From Piromyces finnis finn (taxonomy: Eukaryota; Fungi; Neocallimastigomycota): a stretch of 47,282 nucleotides of DNA. The notes beneath the pieces are model-generated. The model worked only from the letters and a program-made list of their open reading frames with translations, was not told where the DNA came from and made no database searches. Numbering within the stretch: position 1 is the stretch's first letter; every line of letters starts with the position of its first letter. This document shows, one piece after another, positions 24,275-36,592 of this stretch. Made by a program: the position numbers and the translations under genes. The stretch spans positions 1-47,282 of the forward strand of contig MCFH01000109.1 in the NCBI GenBank assembly GCA_002104945.1, in the 5' to 3' direction.

Positions 24275-27200
24275 TGTGAAATAAATTTAATTAATAAATA
24301 ATTTTATTAATAAGGTTAACAAAGAGAAAAAGTTACATTGTAAATATTACAGTTATATAATGAGATGTAAGGTCATGTGACCATAAAAAATAAAATAAAA
24401 TAAATAAAAAATAACTTTCTCTACAACACGTAGACATTACGTTTACAACACTTTTAATACATGTTTATGTTTTTATAAAATAGTCACGTGTGTAATAAAT
24501 ATATGATATAGATAAATAAAATTATGTGTCCATAAATGTTCACACTCCCCCTCAAATTAGATTTTCTTTAAGAATATCTTATTTGTATAATCAAACATTC
24601 TTGGACCAGGTAGATCTTTAGTTAGAGGGTCAGCTAACATTTCTTTAGTATTTACATATTCGATTTTTATATTGTTCTTTTCTATGTTGTCAATAATGAA
24701 GTGGTAGTGTATATTTATGTGTTTTAACTTTGTGTTTATTTCACCGTTTTCTATTATTTTCTTGCTTGCTTTGTTGTCGGTGAATAAAGTTATATTTTTG
24801 TTGTAATTAAAAATTTCGTCCACCATGTTTTTGATCCATAAGATTTTCTTCGTATTCATGGACGTACTAATGTACTCAGCCTCAGCGGTAGATGTTGCCA
24901 CACAAGTTTGTTTCTTGGATAACCAGCATATTGGGCTATTTCCCATTAGGATTATCCCTCCAGAGGTAGATTTAAAGTCTTCTGCGCCTCCGTAGTCCGA
25001 ATCAGTGTATCCTTGTATTTTTCCTTCTCCACTGTATTCGATTTTGTAATGTTTGGTAGTAGATATGTATCTGAAAATATTTACAATTGTATTCCAGTCA
25101 GATACTGTTGGATTTTCAGATTTTCTTGCAGCTTTGTTTACTGCAAACGCTATATCCGGTCTTGTACATTTTGACAGATATATTAATGCACCTATTGCAC
25201 TTTTATATTTTGTTTTATCAAATTGGTTATTATTTGAGGTGTTCTTGTCGGTTGTTGTACATGGCGTATTTCTTCTACGTACGTTTTCCATATGAAATCT
25301 TTGTAATACATTATTAATGTAATTCTCTTGGGAAATAATGTATTTGGATCCTTTCTTTTCAATCTTTATTCCTAGAATGTAACTAATAGGGCCGCTATTT
25401 GATATTTTAAATCTACTTTTAATTTTGCTTATTACTCTCTCTATTGTATTTGTTTTTCCAATTATAACCATGTCGTCTACATATAGACCAATTATACATT
25501 TTACGTATTTATTTTCTTTTAACGTATAAATACATGGTTCGGATTTTAATGGTTTAAAGTTATTATTTTTCAGGAATTTATCTATTGTTTTATTCCATTG
25601 TCTTCCTGATTGTTTTAAACCATAGAGAGCTTTATTCAGCTTCCAGTATCCTCCCCCAAAGTTGCTATCTCCAAGCGGAATTGTGGTATAAATATCTGTA
25701 TCCAATGGAGCATTGAGGTAGGCAGCTTTTATATCAAGCTGATATATATCCCACTTAAATTTTGCAGCAATAGCAATAATAAATTTTAGACTGTCAATAT
25801 TTAATGTAGGGGAATAGGTTAAGTCAAAATCAATACCTTGTTTTTGACGGAAACCTCTAGCGACAAGTCTAGCTTTAAAACGTACAATATTATTATTGCT
25901 GTCCCTTTTAACAGCAAAAACCCATTTGGTAGATATAATATTCTTGTTTTTTGGGATATTTTTAACCAGGGACATAATTTTGTTAGAATATAAATTATTT
26001 AATTCATCTTGAATGGCTGCTTTCCAATATTTAGAATTCGTACAAGACATAGCTTCTTTGTACGTAGTGGGAGCATCAGTAAAAACGGTAGCTATAAATT
26101 TGTTTTTGTGCTTCTTAGGAGTACTGAAATTATTCAGAGAGGTAGGACTGCAAGGCCTTTTTCTTTCAGGATGGTAGGAATCATCAGATTTATCGGCCAT
26201 GATATCATCCATGATATCATTTTCATCTTCCAAGTTTGGATCAGGATCATCCATAGATTTATTGTCATCTGAAATATAAGAATGGGAATCACGTGTCATA
26301 TCAGGAGAATCAGAAATTTTTGAATTTAAATTTTTAGTATCATTAATGTGAATATTATCAGAGTAGATAGAATTATCCTGTGTAACGTTAGAATTTTTGC
26401 TAGAATTATGACGTGGATTATTTGGTTTATCATCCAATAGAATGTCTTCATTTTTAATTTGAATTTTTGAAAAATTTTTATTAATAAAATTTTTTTCACT
26501 ATGATCAGTATTAGGATATTCAGTAGTATTTTCACCAGTATTTTTGGTATAGGAAATATTTTCGGTGGTAGAATATTCAGTAGGAGAATTTTTATAATAT
26601 TCAGGATTTTTAATGATTTCATTTTTGTTTTTGTCGGCAAGAGTATTACCATAACAAACGTAATCAGGACCAGGAGTTACAGGATATTGGTATTTATTAT
26701 TTTCGTCAATATTATTAGAAATTTTGTAATTTTTCTTTTCGAAATTGCAATTGTCATTTGCAATTTCTTCTAAAACTTTTAAAATGTCATTTGTAAATTT
26801 ATTTTTATTAAATTTCGAATTTGAATTATTATTTTTGTTATTGGTTTGAGTGTCGCTTTTTAAATTACTGTTTAAATTGTTTTTTGAATTTTCTTCAATT
26901 TTGGAATTAATATTAGTCCTTATATTAGTTTCTTCTTTTTCTTTGGTAGTTATCTCTTCGTCTTTATATTTGGTATTTTCATAAGCTGGGTCCTCGTCCA
27001 TATTGTTGTTATTACCTTCTTCAACCATTTCTTCTTCTACTTCTTCTTTTTCTATTTCTTCTTTTTCTATTTCTTCTTCATCATTATTATTGGAGTGGAT
27101 ATTCACCATTTTCTTGGAAGTAGTCCTTTCTGTGTTATTATTTTCTTTATTTATGATTGAATTTGTATCCGTATTGTTGTTGTTCTTTGATGATTCTGAG

Positions 27201-30185
27201 GGGTCCTTTCTGTCGTAATTATTGATATTATATGAATCATTGAAAGAGAAATACGGATCGTTTATATTTTTATTTTTATAATTATAATGTGCCGGCTTAT
27301 CTTCACAGCATTCTATTTCCCTAGAATAGTGGATTTTAAGTTTATCACCACATATCTCCATGACGATATATGAGTGATGTGCTTCACTGAACCCAAGAAA
27401 TATTCCTTCCTTCGAGTTAGGCGCGAATTTTGACTTTTTAAGAGAATAGTCCTTAAAGTAGCATATGCATCCAAATACCTTTAGGTATTTTAGATCGGCT
27501 TCCTCGTTCGTAAACACTTCATCAGGAATTAAGTTATCGTTTCCTTGGTGTGGTATTTTGTTGTAAATATAACAAGAATATTTAACAGCAAAACTCCAAA
27601 AGTCTTCAGATAATTTAGCCCAATATAAAAGCGTTTTAGCAGAATTTTGAATTGTTTGGTTTATTCTTTCTGCTTTACCATTTAATTCATGTATGTAAGG
27701 AGGTGAATTTATCTTAGATATACCGTTTTCCTTACAATATTTTATAACTTTACTACTATTATACTCTTTTGCACCATCTGTCTTGAATGTTTTGACTTTA
27801 TATTTGTCAAAAGTATTATTGGCATTCTTTAGGAATTCAATAATAATGTCCGGTGCCTCAGACCTTGACTTGAGAGTATAAATCCAGAGTTTTCTTGAGT
27901 ATTCATCCAGCATAGTCATAAAATACTTCTTATTATTGACGGATGAATTAAACGGGCCTGAAATATCGGAGTGAATAGTCTCTAGAACTCTTCCGGCTTT
28001 GGGTACAGTTTTGTTATGTGGAGACTTCTTCATTTTAGATATTTTACAGTCTAGGCAAGGAGTTACTTTAATTTTATGTTGTTTTAGGTATTTCTTCAGA
28101 TCCTTCTGGTAGAAATGGCCTAATCTCTTATGCCATATACCTAAATCATCTTCAAAGTTTGCAATAAATGGTTCATTTATCTTTTTATTAATGTTTATGA
28201 GCTTAATTTTAAATTGATTTAATTCATTTGAATACGTTTGCATTATATTTTTATTTTCAGAGTCCTTGAAAATAAGCCTGACTTTTCCATCATCAGTAAT
28301 ATCTATAATGCTTCTTAAACCAACTTTAGCAAGTCCTACACCACTAATTAAATTCTTGCTAACTTTGTCTGAGTACAAAACTTTTTCTAACTTGTAAGTT
28401 TTGTCTTTTACCTTAAACTCATATGAACCATAACCACTAAATTCACATGTAGTTCCATTTGCACATCTAAGTTGAATGTGCTCTTCTGTGAAGTTCTCTA
28501 GAATGTCCTTATTATTAACGATATGTTCGGCGGCACCAGTATCATAGAACCATTCGTCGTATTTATTTTCTCCATACACATAATCTATATCCTTTGTGTT
28601 AGGAGTGTCTTCCTCTGTAACTTCATCCTTTTCAATTAGGTAGATATTTCTTTCTGTCAGAGGTCTGATATCTTCGAATTCTACGTTAATTCCATAATTT
28701 TCATTATCGTCATAGTCTTCGACGAAATCTACTTCTTGTTCGAATTTCTTTTGTTGTTTTTTCTTGTGAACTTGCCTCCCTTGTTGTGAATTTCTCTTTT
28801 GTTTACTTTGGTTAAAGGCCCTGTTGTTGTTTTTTCTTTGGTCCCTTTCCATTTTGGCCTTTTGGTTGTATTCACACATTTCGGTAGAGTGTCCATGTTC
28901 ACAGCAGATATGGCAGTAGGTACGGTGGCTTCTGTTTATATTTCTTCTATTACCGTAGCTTTTATTCTTTGTTGATTTGTTTTCTCTACTAACAAAATCA
29001 ACATCCATTGGATCATCAACTTCGTCATCTTCATCTTGGTCGTTGTTGGTCCAATCTTCGAAGTAGGATTTGGCGTTGATGTAACTTTTGACCTTCTCAT
29101 AGAGCTGATCATAAGTTTCATCTAAGGTTACACTTACTTGGTTCTTGACACTTCTTGGAAGGGAATTGTACATATATTTTAGTTTTTCCCTTTCACTTAA
29201 GGACATTCTTTGTTCAGACATCTCAAGGAAGATTTCCCTGACATTATCAATGGTTTTACTGACTTTGCTTACATCTTCAGTATGTAATTTTCTTAACTTT
29301 TTTAGCCAGTATTCGATGTCTGCATTAGCGTTACCGTATTTTGTATTCAACTTCTTGAATACTTGGTAACAGCTAGTATTATGACCAATCTCTCTGAGGA
29401 TCTTCTCATCCACATTTTGAATGATCATAAGGTGTGCATCAGCATTAAGACTTTCAGCTGCTGATACTATCTCGGCCTTATAAATTGGCGAGTTTGCCAA
29501 TTTATTGGCGGCTACAACATTAATGTTATTAATGTTGCTGCTTGGGTTTGCGTCCTCCCCCATAGCTTTAGTGAAGGTTTTGTAAACGGACGCGAGTAAG
29601 TTATTAGTACGGTAGTTAGCAATAATTTTTACAATAGCCATAGTGTAAACATCTTTAAGATTAAAGTCTATCTTAAAGCTGTCGTCTTTGATGGTTCCAA
29701 CAATGTCATAATCAAGATAGCTAGTTAGACCCTGTCTAGAAGCAGCTGACTTGATTAAAAGACTCCAAGTGTCAAAGTTGGATTTTCCATGAAGACGTTG
29801 ATTATTGGCTAAAATTAATTGCTGGGACATACTAAAATTTTTAAACACACAAAAATTTTTGCTTTAAATTTTTCTTAAGAAATTTTATTATTGATTAGAG
29901 TTTGAGAGTCTTAATCTGTGAAATAAATTTAATTAATAAATAATTTTATTAATAAGGTTAACAAAGAGAAAAAGTTACATTGTAAATATTACAGTTATAT
30001 AATGAGATGTAAGGTCATGTGACCATAGAAAATAAAATAAAATAAATAAAAAATAACTTTCTCTACAACACGTAGACATTACGTTTACAACACTTTTAAT
30101 ACATGTTTATGTTTTTATAAAATAGTCACGTGTGTAATAAATATATGATATAAATAAATAAAATTATGTGTCCATAAATGTTCAC

Positions 30186-30186
<1 letters not shown>
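24275..30186 (-). mobile_element. Copia-2: intact full-length Ty1/copia retrotransposon
   Basis: 270-bp LTRs (24275-24544, 29917-30186) with 2 differences seen; TSD ATAAT; PPT GAGGGGGAG (24545-24553); PBS GATTAAGACTCTCA (29903-29916). Confidence 0.97.
24557..29830 (-). CDS. gag-pol: Copia-2 uninterrupted Gag-PR-IN-RT-RH polyprotein (~1757 aa from the first ATG; the track start at 29848 is GTG)
   Basis: CHICCEHGHSTEMC, WFYDTGAAEH, WHKRLGH, IHSDISGP, KTDGAKEY, KARLVARG, YVDD, YTDSDY, ADPLTK. Confidence 0.96.
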   Translation of the reverse strand: MSQQLILANNQRLHGKSNFDTWSLLIKSAASRQGLTSYLDYDIVGTIKDDSFKIDFNLKDVYTMAIVKIIANYRTNNLLASVYKTFTKAMGEDANPSSNINNINVVAANKLANSPIYKAEIVSAAESLNADAHLMIIQNVDEKILREIGHNTSCYQVFKKLNTKYGNANADIEYWLKKLRKLHTEDVSKVSKTIDNVREIFLEMSEQRMSLSEREKLKYMYNSLPRSVKNQVSVTLDETYDQLYEKVKSYINAKSYFEDWTNNDQDEDDEVDDPMDVDFVSRENKSTKNKSYGNRRNINRSHRTYCHICCEHGHSTEMCEYNQKAKMERDQRKNNNRAFNQSKQKRNSQQGRQVHKKKQQKKFEQEVDFVEDYDDNENYGINVEFEDIRPLTERNIYLIEKDEVTEEDTPNTKDIDYVYGENKYDEWFYDTGAAEHIVNNKDILENFTEEHIQLRCANGTTCEFSGYGSYEFKVKDKTYKLEKVLYSDKVSKNLISGVGLAKVGLRSIIDITDDGKVRLIFKDSENKNIMQTYSNELNQFKIKLININKKINEPFIANFEDDLGIWHKRLGHFYQKDLKKYLKQHKIKVTPCLDCKISKMKKSPHNKTVPKAGRVLETIHSDISGPFNSSVNNKKYFMTMLDEYSRKLWIYTLKSRSEAPDIIIEFLKNANNTFDKYKVKTFKTDGAKEYNSSKVIKYCKENGISKINSPPYIHELNGKAERINQTIQNSAKTLLYWAKLSEDFWSFAVKYSCYIYNKIPHQGNDNLIPDEVFTNEEADLKYLKVFGCICYFKDYSLKKSKFAPNSKEGIFLGFSEAHHSYIVMEICGDKLKIHYSREIECCEDKPAHYNYKNKNINDPYFSFNDSYNINNYDRKDPSESSKNNNNTDTNSIINKENNNTERTTSKKMVNIHSNNNDEEEIEKEEIEKEEVEEEMVEEGNNNNMDEDPAYENTKYKDEEITTKEKEETNIRTNINSKIEENSKNNLNSNLKSDTQTNNKNNNSNSKFNKNKFTNDILKVLEEIANDNCNFEKKNYKISNNIDENNKYQYPVTPGPDYVCYGNTLADKNKNEIIKNPEYYKNSPTEYSTTENISYTKNTGENTTEYPNTDHSEKNFINKNFSKIQIKNEDILLDDKPNNPRHNSSKNSNVTQDNSIYSDNIHINDTKNLNSKISDSPDMTRDSHSYISDDNKSMDDPDPNLEDENDIMDDIMADKSDDSYHPERKRPCSPTSLNNFSTPKKHKNKFIATVFTDAPTTYKEAMSCTNSKYWKAAIQDELNNLYSNKIMSLVKNIPKNKNIISTKWVFAVKRDSNNNIVRFKARLVARGFRQKQGIDFDLTYSPTLNIDSLKFIIAIAAKFKWDIYQLDIKAAYLNAPLDTDIYTTIPLGDSNFGGGYWKLNKALYGLKQSGRQWNKTIDKFLKNNNFKPLKSEPCIYTLKENKYVKCIIGLYVDDMVIIGKTNTIERVISKIKSRFKISNSGPISYILGIKIEKKGSKYIISQENYINNVLQRFHMENVRRRNTPCTTTDKNTSNNNQFDKTKYKSAIGALIYLSKCTRPDIAFAVNKAARKSENPTVSDWNTIVNIFRYISTTKHYKIEYSGEGKIQGYTDSDYGGAEDFKSTSGGIILMGNSPICWLSKKQTCVATSTAEAEYISTSMNTKKILWIKNMVDEIFNYNKNITLFTDNKASKKIIENGEINTKLKHINIHYHFIIDNIEKNNIKIEYVNTKEMLADPLTKDLPGPRMFDYTNKIFLKKI

Positions 30187-30264
<78 letters not shown>

Positions 30265-30784
30265 TTAAAACACAGATAGTTGAAAATTAAAATAATTAAC
30301 ATGTATAAAATTATTAAATTAAAAACTATAAATGTAAACTTTTTGTCTATTTAATTGTTTATTTATTTTTAAATTAAATAGTTTATATTTGTTTATAATT
30401 ATACTTTAAAATAATAATTTTGTATAAATAGTGATAGAATTATTTTATTTTAAAAGATGTTCCTAATAATCCAGTAAAATTAGATAATAATATTAAATTT
30501 TATTAAAATAATAGTTGTGATTATATTTACATACATTCAAGATATTCAAGATGTATTAAACCATAACATATATATATTTAATAATACAAGAGTTATTAAA
30601 TATTAAAACTTTATAATTAAATAAAATAATTTTATATTTTAAACTAACAAAGACTTGCAAATGAACAAGTATAAAAATCATTTATTTTATTTTATTTTTT
30701 TTTATTTTTTTTTTAGATACAAATATTATCACTTTCTATATTCCTTTATAGAATTAAGATAATATTTTTCTTCGTATCATACAA

Positions 30785-31921
30785 TGATGCGTTGACCGAT
30801 ATATTTGTGAATAATATAATGTTTTTAATAAATAATAAATTCTATATTATAATGATGAAACAATAAATTTAAAATAAAATAAAATATGTTTTATAATTAA
30901 CAAATAAATCACTCAAAACTCGAAAATAAACTCTTATTATGTTTTAAATTAAATCTTTATTATATTTTATAATTTATTTATTATCTGTTTATGGTCTTTT
31001 TATTCTCTATTTATTGTCCGCCTTTATAAAGAAGAATTTTATCTTCCTTTTATACATTTTCATTTATTACATGTATTATTATTTTTAACTATTAAATGTT
31101 ATTATTACTATTGTTATTATTTATTAAAATTAAAAGAATAAATTAAAATTATGTCTTAGTATTATAAAATATTATAGAATATTACTTATTTGATTTTCTT
31201 ATTACTTCAAAATGTTTAAATTTAGAAAAATTATTATAAATTATCATTGACTATCATTAAATGTATAATACCTTGAATAAAATAATTAAAATTTAAAATT
31301 AAAATAAAATTAAAATAAAAATTTAACAAAATTAAAATATTAAAAGTATCAATTATTATAAACACTCATTTTATACAGAAACATAAAAGAGTTCTGTATT
31401 TTATCTTTGGAATTGTTATTATTGTTCTATTTCCAGGTTTTAAGTTTATCATTTTAGTAATAATTACTCAATTAGTTATTTTTTTAATTTATAAGTTTAA
31501 GAGAATTTCTAAAGAACACTTGGATAAACACTAGAATTAATAATTTGATGTATATCATTTTATTTTTAGTTTATTTATTCATTTTTATTTATTTATTATT
31601 ATTTTATTATTTTAGTACATTATTGGATTAAGTCGTTTTATTTTATTTAATAATTTATTTTATTTAATAATTTATTTTATTTAATAATTTATTTTATTTA
31701 ATAATTTATTTTATTATTATCACTATTAGGTCGTTTTTACTCAGAATTTATTATATAATAAAGATAATATTATTTATTTAAAGAAAGGGTTATATTTTCA
31801 TAAAATTATTATTCATTCATCTTTAAGGGTTATTATTGTTTATTTTTATTATAAGTTACTATGGGTTAAGTCGTGTTTATTCAGCTAGTTTTTATCATGT
31901 TTTTATATGAGTAGCGTATCA
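30785..31921. mobile_element. Putative solo LTR H
   Basis: TGATGCG...CGTATCA imperfect terminal inverted repeat; same terminus as F; ends 15 bp before tRNA-Ser. Flanks TACAA and CAGAA are not a clean TSD. Confidence 0.55.
31638..31714. repeat. 17-bp minisatellite TTATTTTATTTAATAAT, about 4.5 copies
   Basis: Direct tandem copies at 31638, 31655, 31672 and 31689, plus a partial copy. Confidence 0.85.
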
Positions 31922-31936
31922 CAGAAATACGTGAAC

Positions 31937-32018
31937 GTCACTTTGGCGGAGTGGTTAACGCGGTGGCCTGCTAAGCCATTTCCCTTTGGGAGCGCAGGTT
32001 CGAGTCCTGCAGGTGACG
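31937..32018 (+). tRNA. tRNA-Ser(GCT), 82 nt, long variable arm, no intron
   Basis: Acceptor GTCACTT/AGGTGAC, anticodon arm GTGGC-CTGCTAA-GCCAT, T arm GCAGG-TTCGAGT-CCTGC, discriminator G. Confidence 0.96.
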
Positions 32019-33863
32019 AACAAATAATATGAAATTAATAAATTATTAGAAAATATTTCATATAACCTTTTTAAGGTTGTGAATTCTAAAATATATATTA
32101 AATATATATTTATACCCTATTATTTGAATTTATTATCGTACATTTTTAATAACTATTGTAAAAAAAAAAAAAAAAAAAGAAAATATTTAAAATTAATGAT
32201 TTTAGTAAAAATATGTAAAATTTCGAAAAATGGCCTAAGTAATTTACATATTTCTTGTTTATTTTTTTATTAAAAAGTATTATTAACAGTTTATTTAACA
32301 GTTATCTTATATTATATAAATGTTTTTTACTTATTAATTATTATTCATTTTTAATTTATATATTTATTTATTAAATAAAAAGTGAAATATTCATTAAATA
32401 TTTTATTTCTTCATATTCATTATTAAAAGTTGCTACAAGATCTCTTAAATATTTACAGCTTGAAAAAAAATTAATATAAAATAAAAAAAAATTTTAAAAT
32501 AAAATTTAATCTTTTGATTATATTAAATATTAAATAACAATCGTTATTATTTATTTATAATAAGTATATATAATTATTACTAAAAATACAAAAATAATAT
32601 AAAATATATAGATATATATTAAAGTATTTATATTTGAAACAATAATTTTATTCTATTGACTGTTTTATAAAAAAAAATACTTTTCATCACATAACAAAGA
32701 AAAAAAAATTTTAAATAATATGATAAATCATTAAATAAAAATTTTATACTTATTGAAGATTAAAATAAAATATCTTCATTAATTTGATTTAGAAGGAAAT
32801 TAGAGATAATATTAAAAAATAAACTCTCTTTATACTTAAATTATATAATAAAATATCATTAAAATTGATAAAAGTTTGATCAGATTTCTACTCTAATATT
32901 TCCTTAAACAAAAAATTATTAATATTAGTCAATATTTGTTAATAATTTTAGTTTTATTTAATCGTATAAGGATTTTTGTTTTATTTTTTAAAAATTGAAA
33001 TTATTATTTTATAAAATTAAAATATAGATTATATTCATACATAGTTTATATAATATTATAATAAAATATTTTAATGATAAAATATATTTATTTTATATAT
33101 TCAAACAAACATTTCCAATTTATAAATTACATAGATATTTTATATAAATTGGTACATTAAATAAATAAAATGTAATACTATAATATCTATTGGTCTATTG
33201 AGTATTCTATAATCTATTTAAAAAAAATAAATGTCTTTACTTTATTCTTATAGTTAATATTTATAAATAATCATTATACTAAAATACTATTATTAAAATT
33301 TATACTTCATTTTTGTTCATCTGTATTTGTATTTTTATGATTAAATATTATTGTTATAATATCTTATATAACACCAACACTTTTATAAATAAATATTTAT
33401 ATATAATAAGTTTATTTATTATTTATTATTAATAATTATTATTAATATTTTATTATTATTCAATACAAGTTATTTAATAACGTCTTTTCTTATATTATGA
33501 AAAGAACGACATTTTAATAATAGTAAAAAATATATATTTATATAATATTAAATAAAATTATACTTTTCATATAATTAATTTAATACATAAAAATAAATAA
33601 TATATAATTATATAATTAATTAATAGTAAATAAAATATATAAAATTATTTTATTTTTTTTTAACAGTATTTTATATATTAATAAATAGAAATTTCATTTT
33701 TAATTCTTAAAAAAAAAAGAAAAGAAAATATTACATATATTTAAAAATTAACTGTTCACTATTAAAAAAAAGACTCATACTATGTATTTTCGTACATTAT
33801 TATGTACGTCACACTTCAAAGGAATAGAAGCAATTACATAGATTTTATTTCATAGTCATATGC

Positions 33864-33935
33864 AGGGGCGTTCCGGATTTGAACCGAAGACCTATTGATC
33901 TGCAGTCAATTGCTCTACCGCTGAGCTAACACCCC
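33864..33935 (-). tRNA. tRNA-Cys(GCA)
   Basis: GGGGTGT/ACGCCCC acceptor, ATTGA-CTGCAGA-TCAAT anticodon arm, TTCAAAT T loop, discriminator T. Confidence 0.96.
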
Positions 33936-33950
33936 ATTCGCTCGAATTTT

Positions 33951-35157
33951 TGATACGAAGAGGATATTATCTTAATTCTATAAATGAATATAGAAAGTGA
34001 TAATATTTGTATCTAAAATTTAATAAATAAAAATAAATAAGAAAATAAAAATAGAATAAATGATTTTTATACTTGTTCATTTGCAAGTCTTTGTTAGTTT
34101 AAAATATAAAATTATTTTATTTAATTATAAAGTTTTAATATTTAATAACTCTTGTATTATTAAATATATATATGTTATGGTTTAATACATCTTGAATGTA
34201 TGTAAATATAATCACAACTATTATTTTAATAAAATTTAATATTATTATCTAATTTTACTGGATTATTAGGAACAATTTTAAAATAAAATAATTCTATCAC
34301 TATTTATACAAAATTATTATTTTAAAGTATAATTATAAACAAATATAAACTATTTAATTTAAAACTAAATAAACAATTAAATAAACAAAAAGTTTACATT
34401 TATAGTTTTTAATTTAATAATTTTATACATGCTAATTATTTTAATTTTCAACTATCTGTGTTTTAATATTATTATTATTATTATTATTATTATGTCAAAA
34501 TCACAATTCATGAAATTTGACATTTCATGAAATTTCATAATTTTGAATTATTAGTTAAATTAATTAAAATATTAATTTAATAATATTTTACTAATAATAG
34601 TTTATTTAATATAAATATTAATTGGAAAGCTATTTATTATCCGGAGATAAATAGTGTAATAAATTAATTAATATTAAACAAACCAATTAGTAAAATAAGA
34701 TTCATTTAAATAATTATTAATATTATTTTTAACAACTTATTAATATCGATATTTAAAGAAAATTATATTATTATTATTATTATATTTTATTAACATTTAT
34801 ATTTATATTATTATACATGTATAACTTAAATTATATTATTATTATACTTTATTAATATCAACATTATATTAAAAATAAAGTATAAATAAGTTGAACAAAG
34901 AACAACTTTAAGAAGTTCTTTGTGAGATTATTATACTCATTTTTATATAGTAAATTCAATATTTAAAATTAATAATTATCATTTACTTATATTATAAAAA
35001 TTAAATAAAATATTTCTTAAAAAACTATATTTATTACTCTTTTATTTATAAAAATTTATTATTTACTATATAATTAAGCCTATCCTAACCTAGTAGACTT
35101 AATTATAGTTCTAAATCCACTCTAACTCTTGACATATTATTATTATTATTATAAATT
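33951..35157. mobile_element. LTR F2 (inverted relative to F1/F3), split by solo LTR I and truncated at the fold-back tip
   Basis: Reverse complement of 35161-35807; begins 15 bp upstream of the minus-strand tRNA-Cys. Confidence 0.85.
34493..35134. mobile_element. Solo LTR I, inserted in the (ATT)n tract of F2
   Basis: TGTCAA...TTGACA 6-bp terminal inverted repeat, 642 bp, TSD TATTA. Confidence 0.85.
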
Positions 35158-35160
35158 ATG

Positions 35161-35807
<647 letters not shown>

Positions 35808-36592
35808 AAAATGATATAATTTGATAATAATCTTAATTTTGAATTTTACTTCAAAAAGTGATTATTATATTATATCTTTTGTTATAACTATATAAGTTAT
35901 ATTGATTAAGATTTAAAATCGTTTTTATAAAAATTAATAAAATTGTTTTGTTAAAACACTAAATTGTTTTATTAGAAACACTTGTTTTTCTAATATTTAA
36001 ATATTTAAAATTTTTATTTATTTTAGTATAAAAGTGATTATTAAAATTATAAAATATTAATCTAACTATATAATATTTCTTTATTAATAATAATAATAAT
36101 GATTAAAATAAGAATATTTACATGTATTTATATTTTCTTTTGAATTTAAACTATTTACATTAAAACAATAAAATTAATAACTATTTACAATAAAAGTAAT
36201 AAAAGTAATTAGAAATAACAATAAAAGAAATAATTAAAAGTTAAAGAATATAAAAAGTTGTTTATTTTACAATTAATTAAAGTAATAATAACATGAATTA
36301 TTATATTTGTTTACTTTTAAAGTGTAATTTACTAACGAAGTTATTAAACATTTAATTTAACAATTAATTTAACAAAAGTTATATATTTTGATCTCGATTA
36401 ATTAAAGTTTATTATTTTCTTTCAATAATCAAAACATATGCAGTGTTTAGGATTAATTTTATTTAAGAATTTTGGTAAAGTACTTAATTAAACTATAACT
36501 TGTTTTAAGTTACTTTTAGGGTTAACTTAAAAATCAGGTATAATAATAATTTTATATTTATTAATTTCATTATTTATCAGTTTCTCGGCCTT

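Larger units (their letters stand above)
24219..30779. mobile_element. Solo LTR F1 containing an (AAT)n tract, split by copia-2
   Basis: TGATAAA...CGTATCA with 5-bp TSD TACAA (24214-24218, 30780-30784); homologous to F2 and F3. Confidence 0.88.

Noticed and set aside
22429-30132. Repeated TCACGTG (Cbf1/CDEI-like) sites as a centromere signal
   Set aside because: The copies lie in D and copia-2 coding sequence (HVT/TRD codons) or in duplicated LTRs; no evidence for point centromeres.
30187-30779. F as a non-LTR retroposon with an (ATT)n tail
   Set aside because: F1 has TG...CA ends and a 5-bp TSD, and the microsatellite is internal, so F is an LTR.
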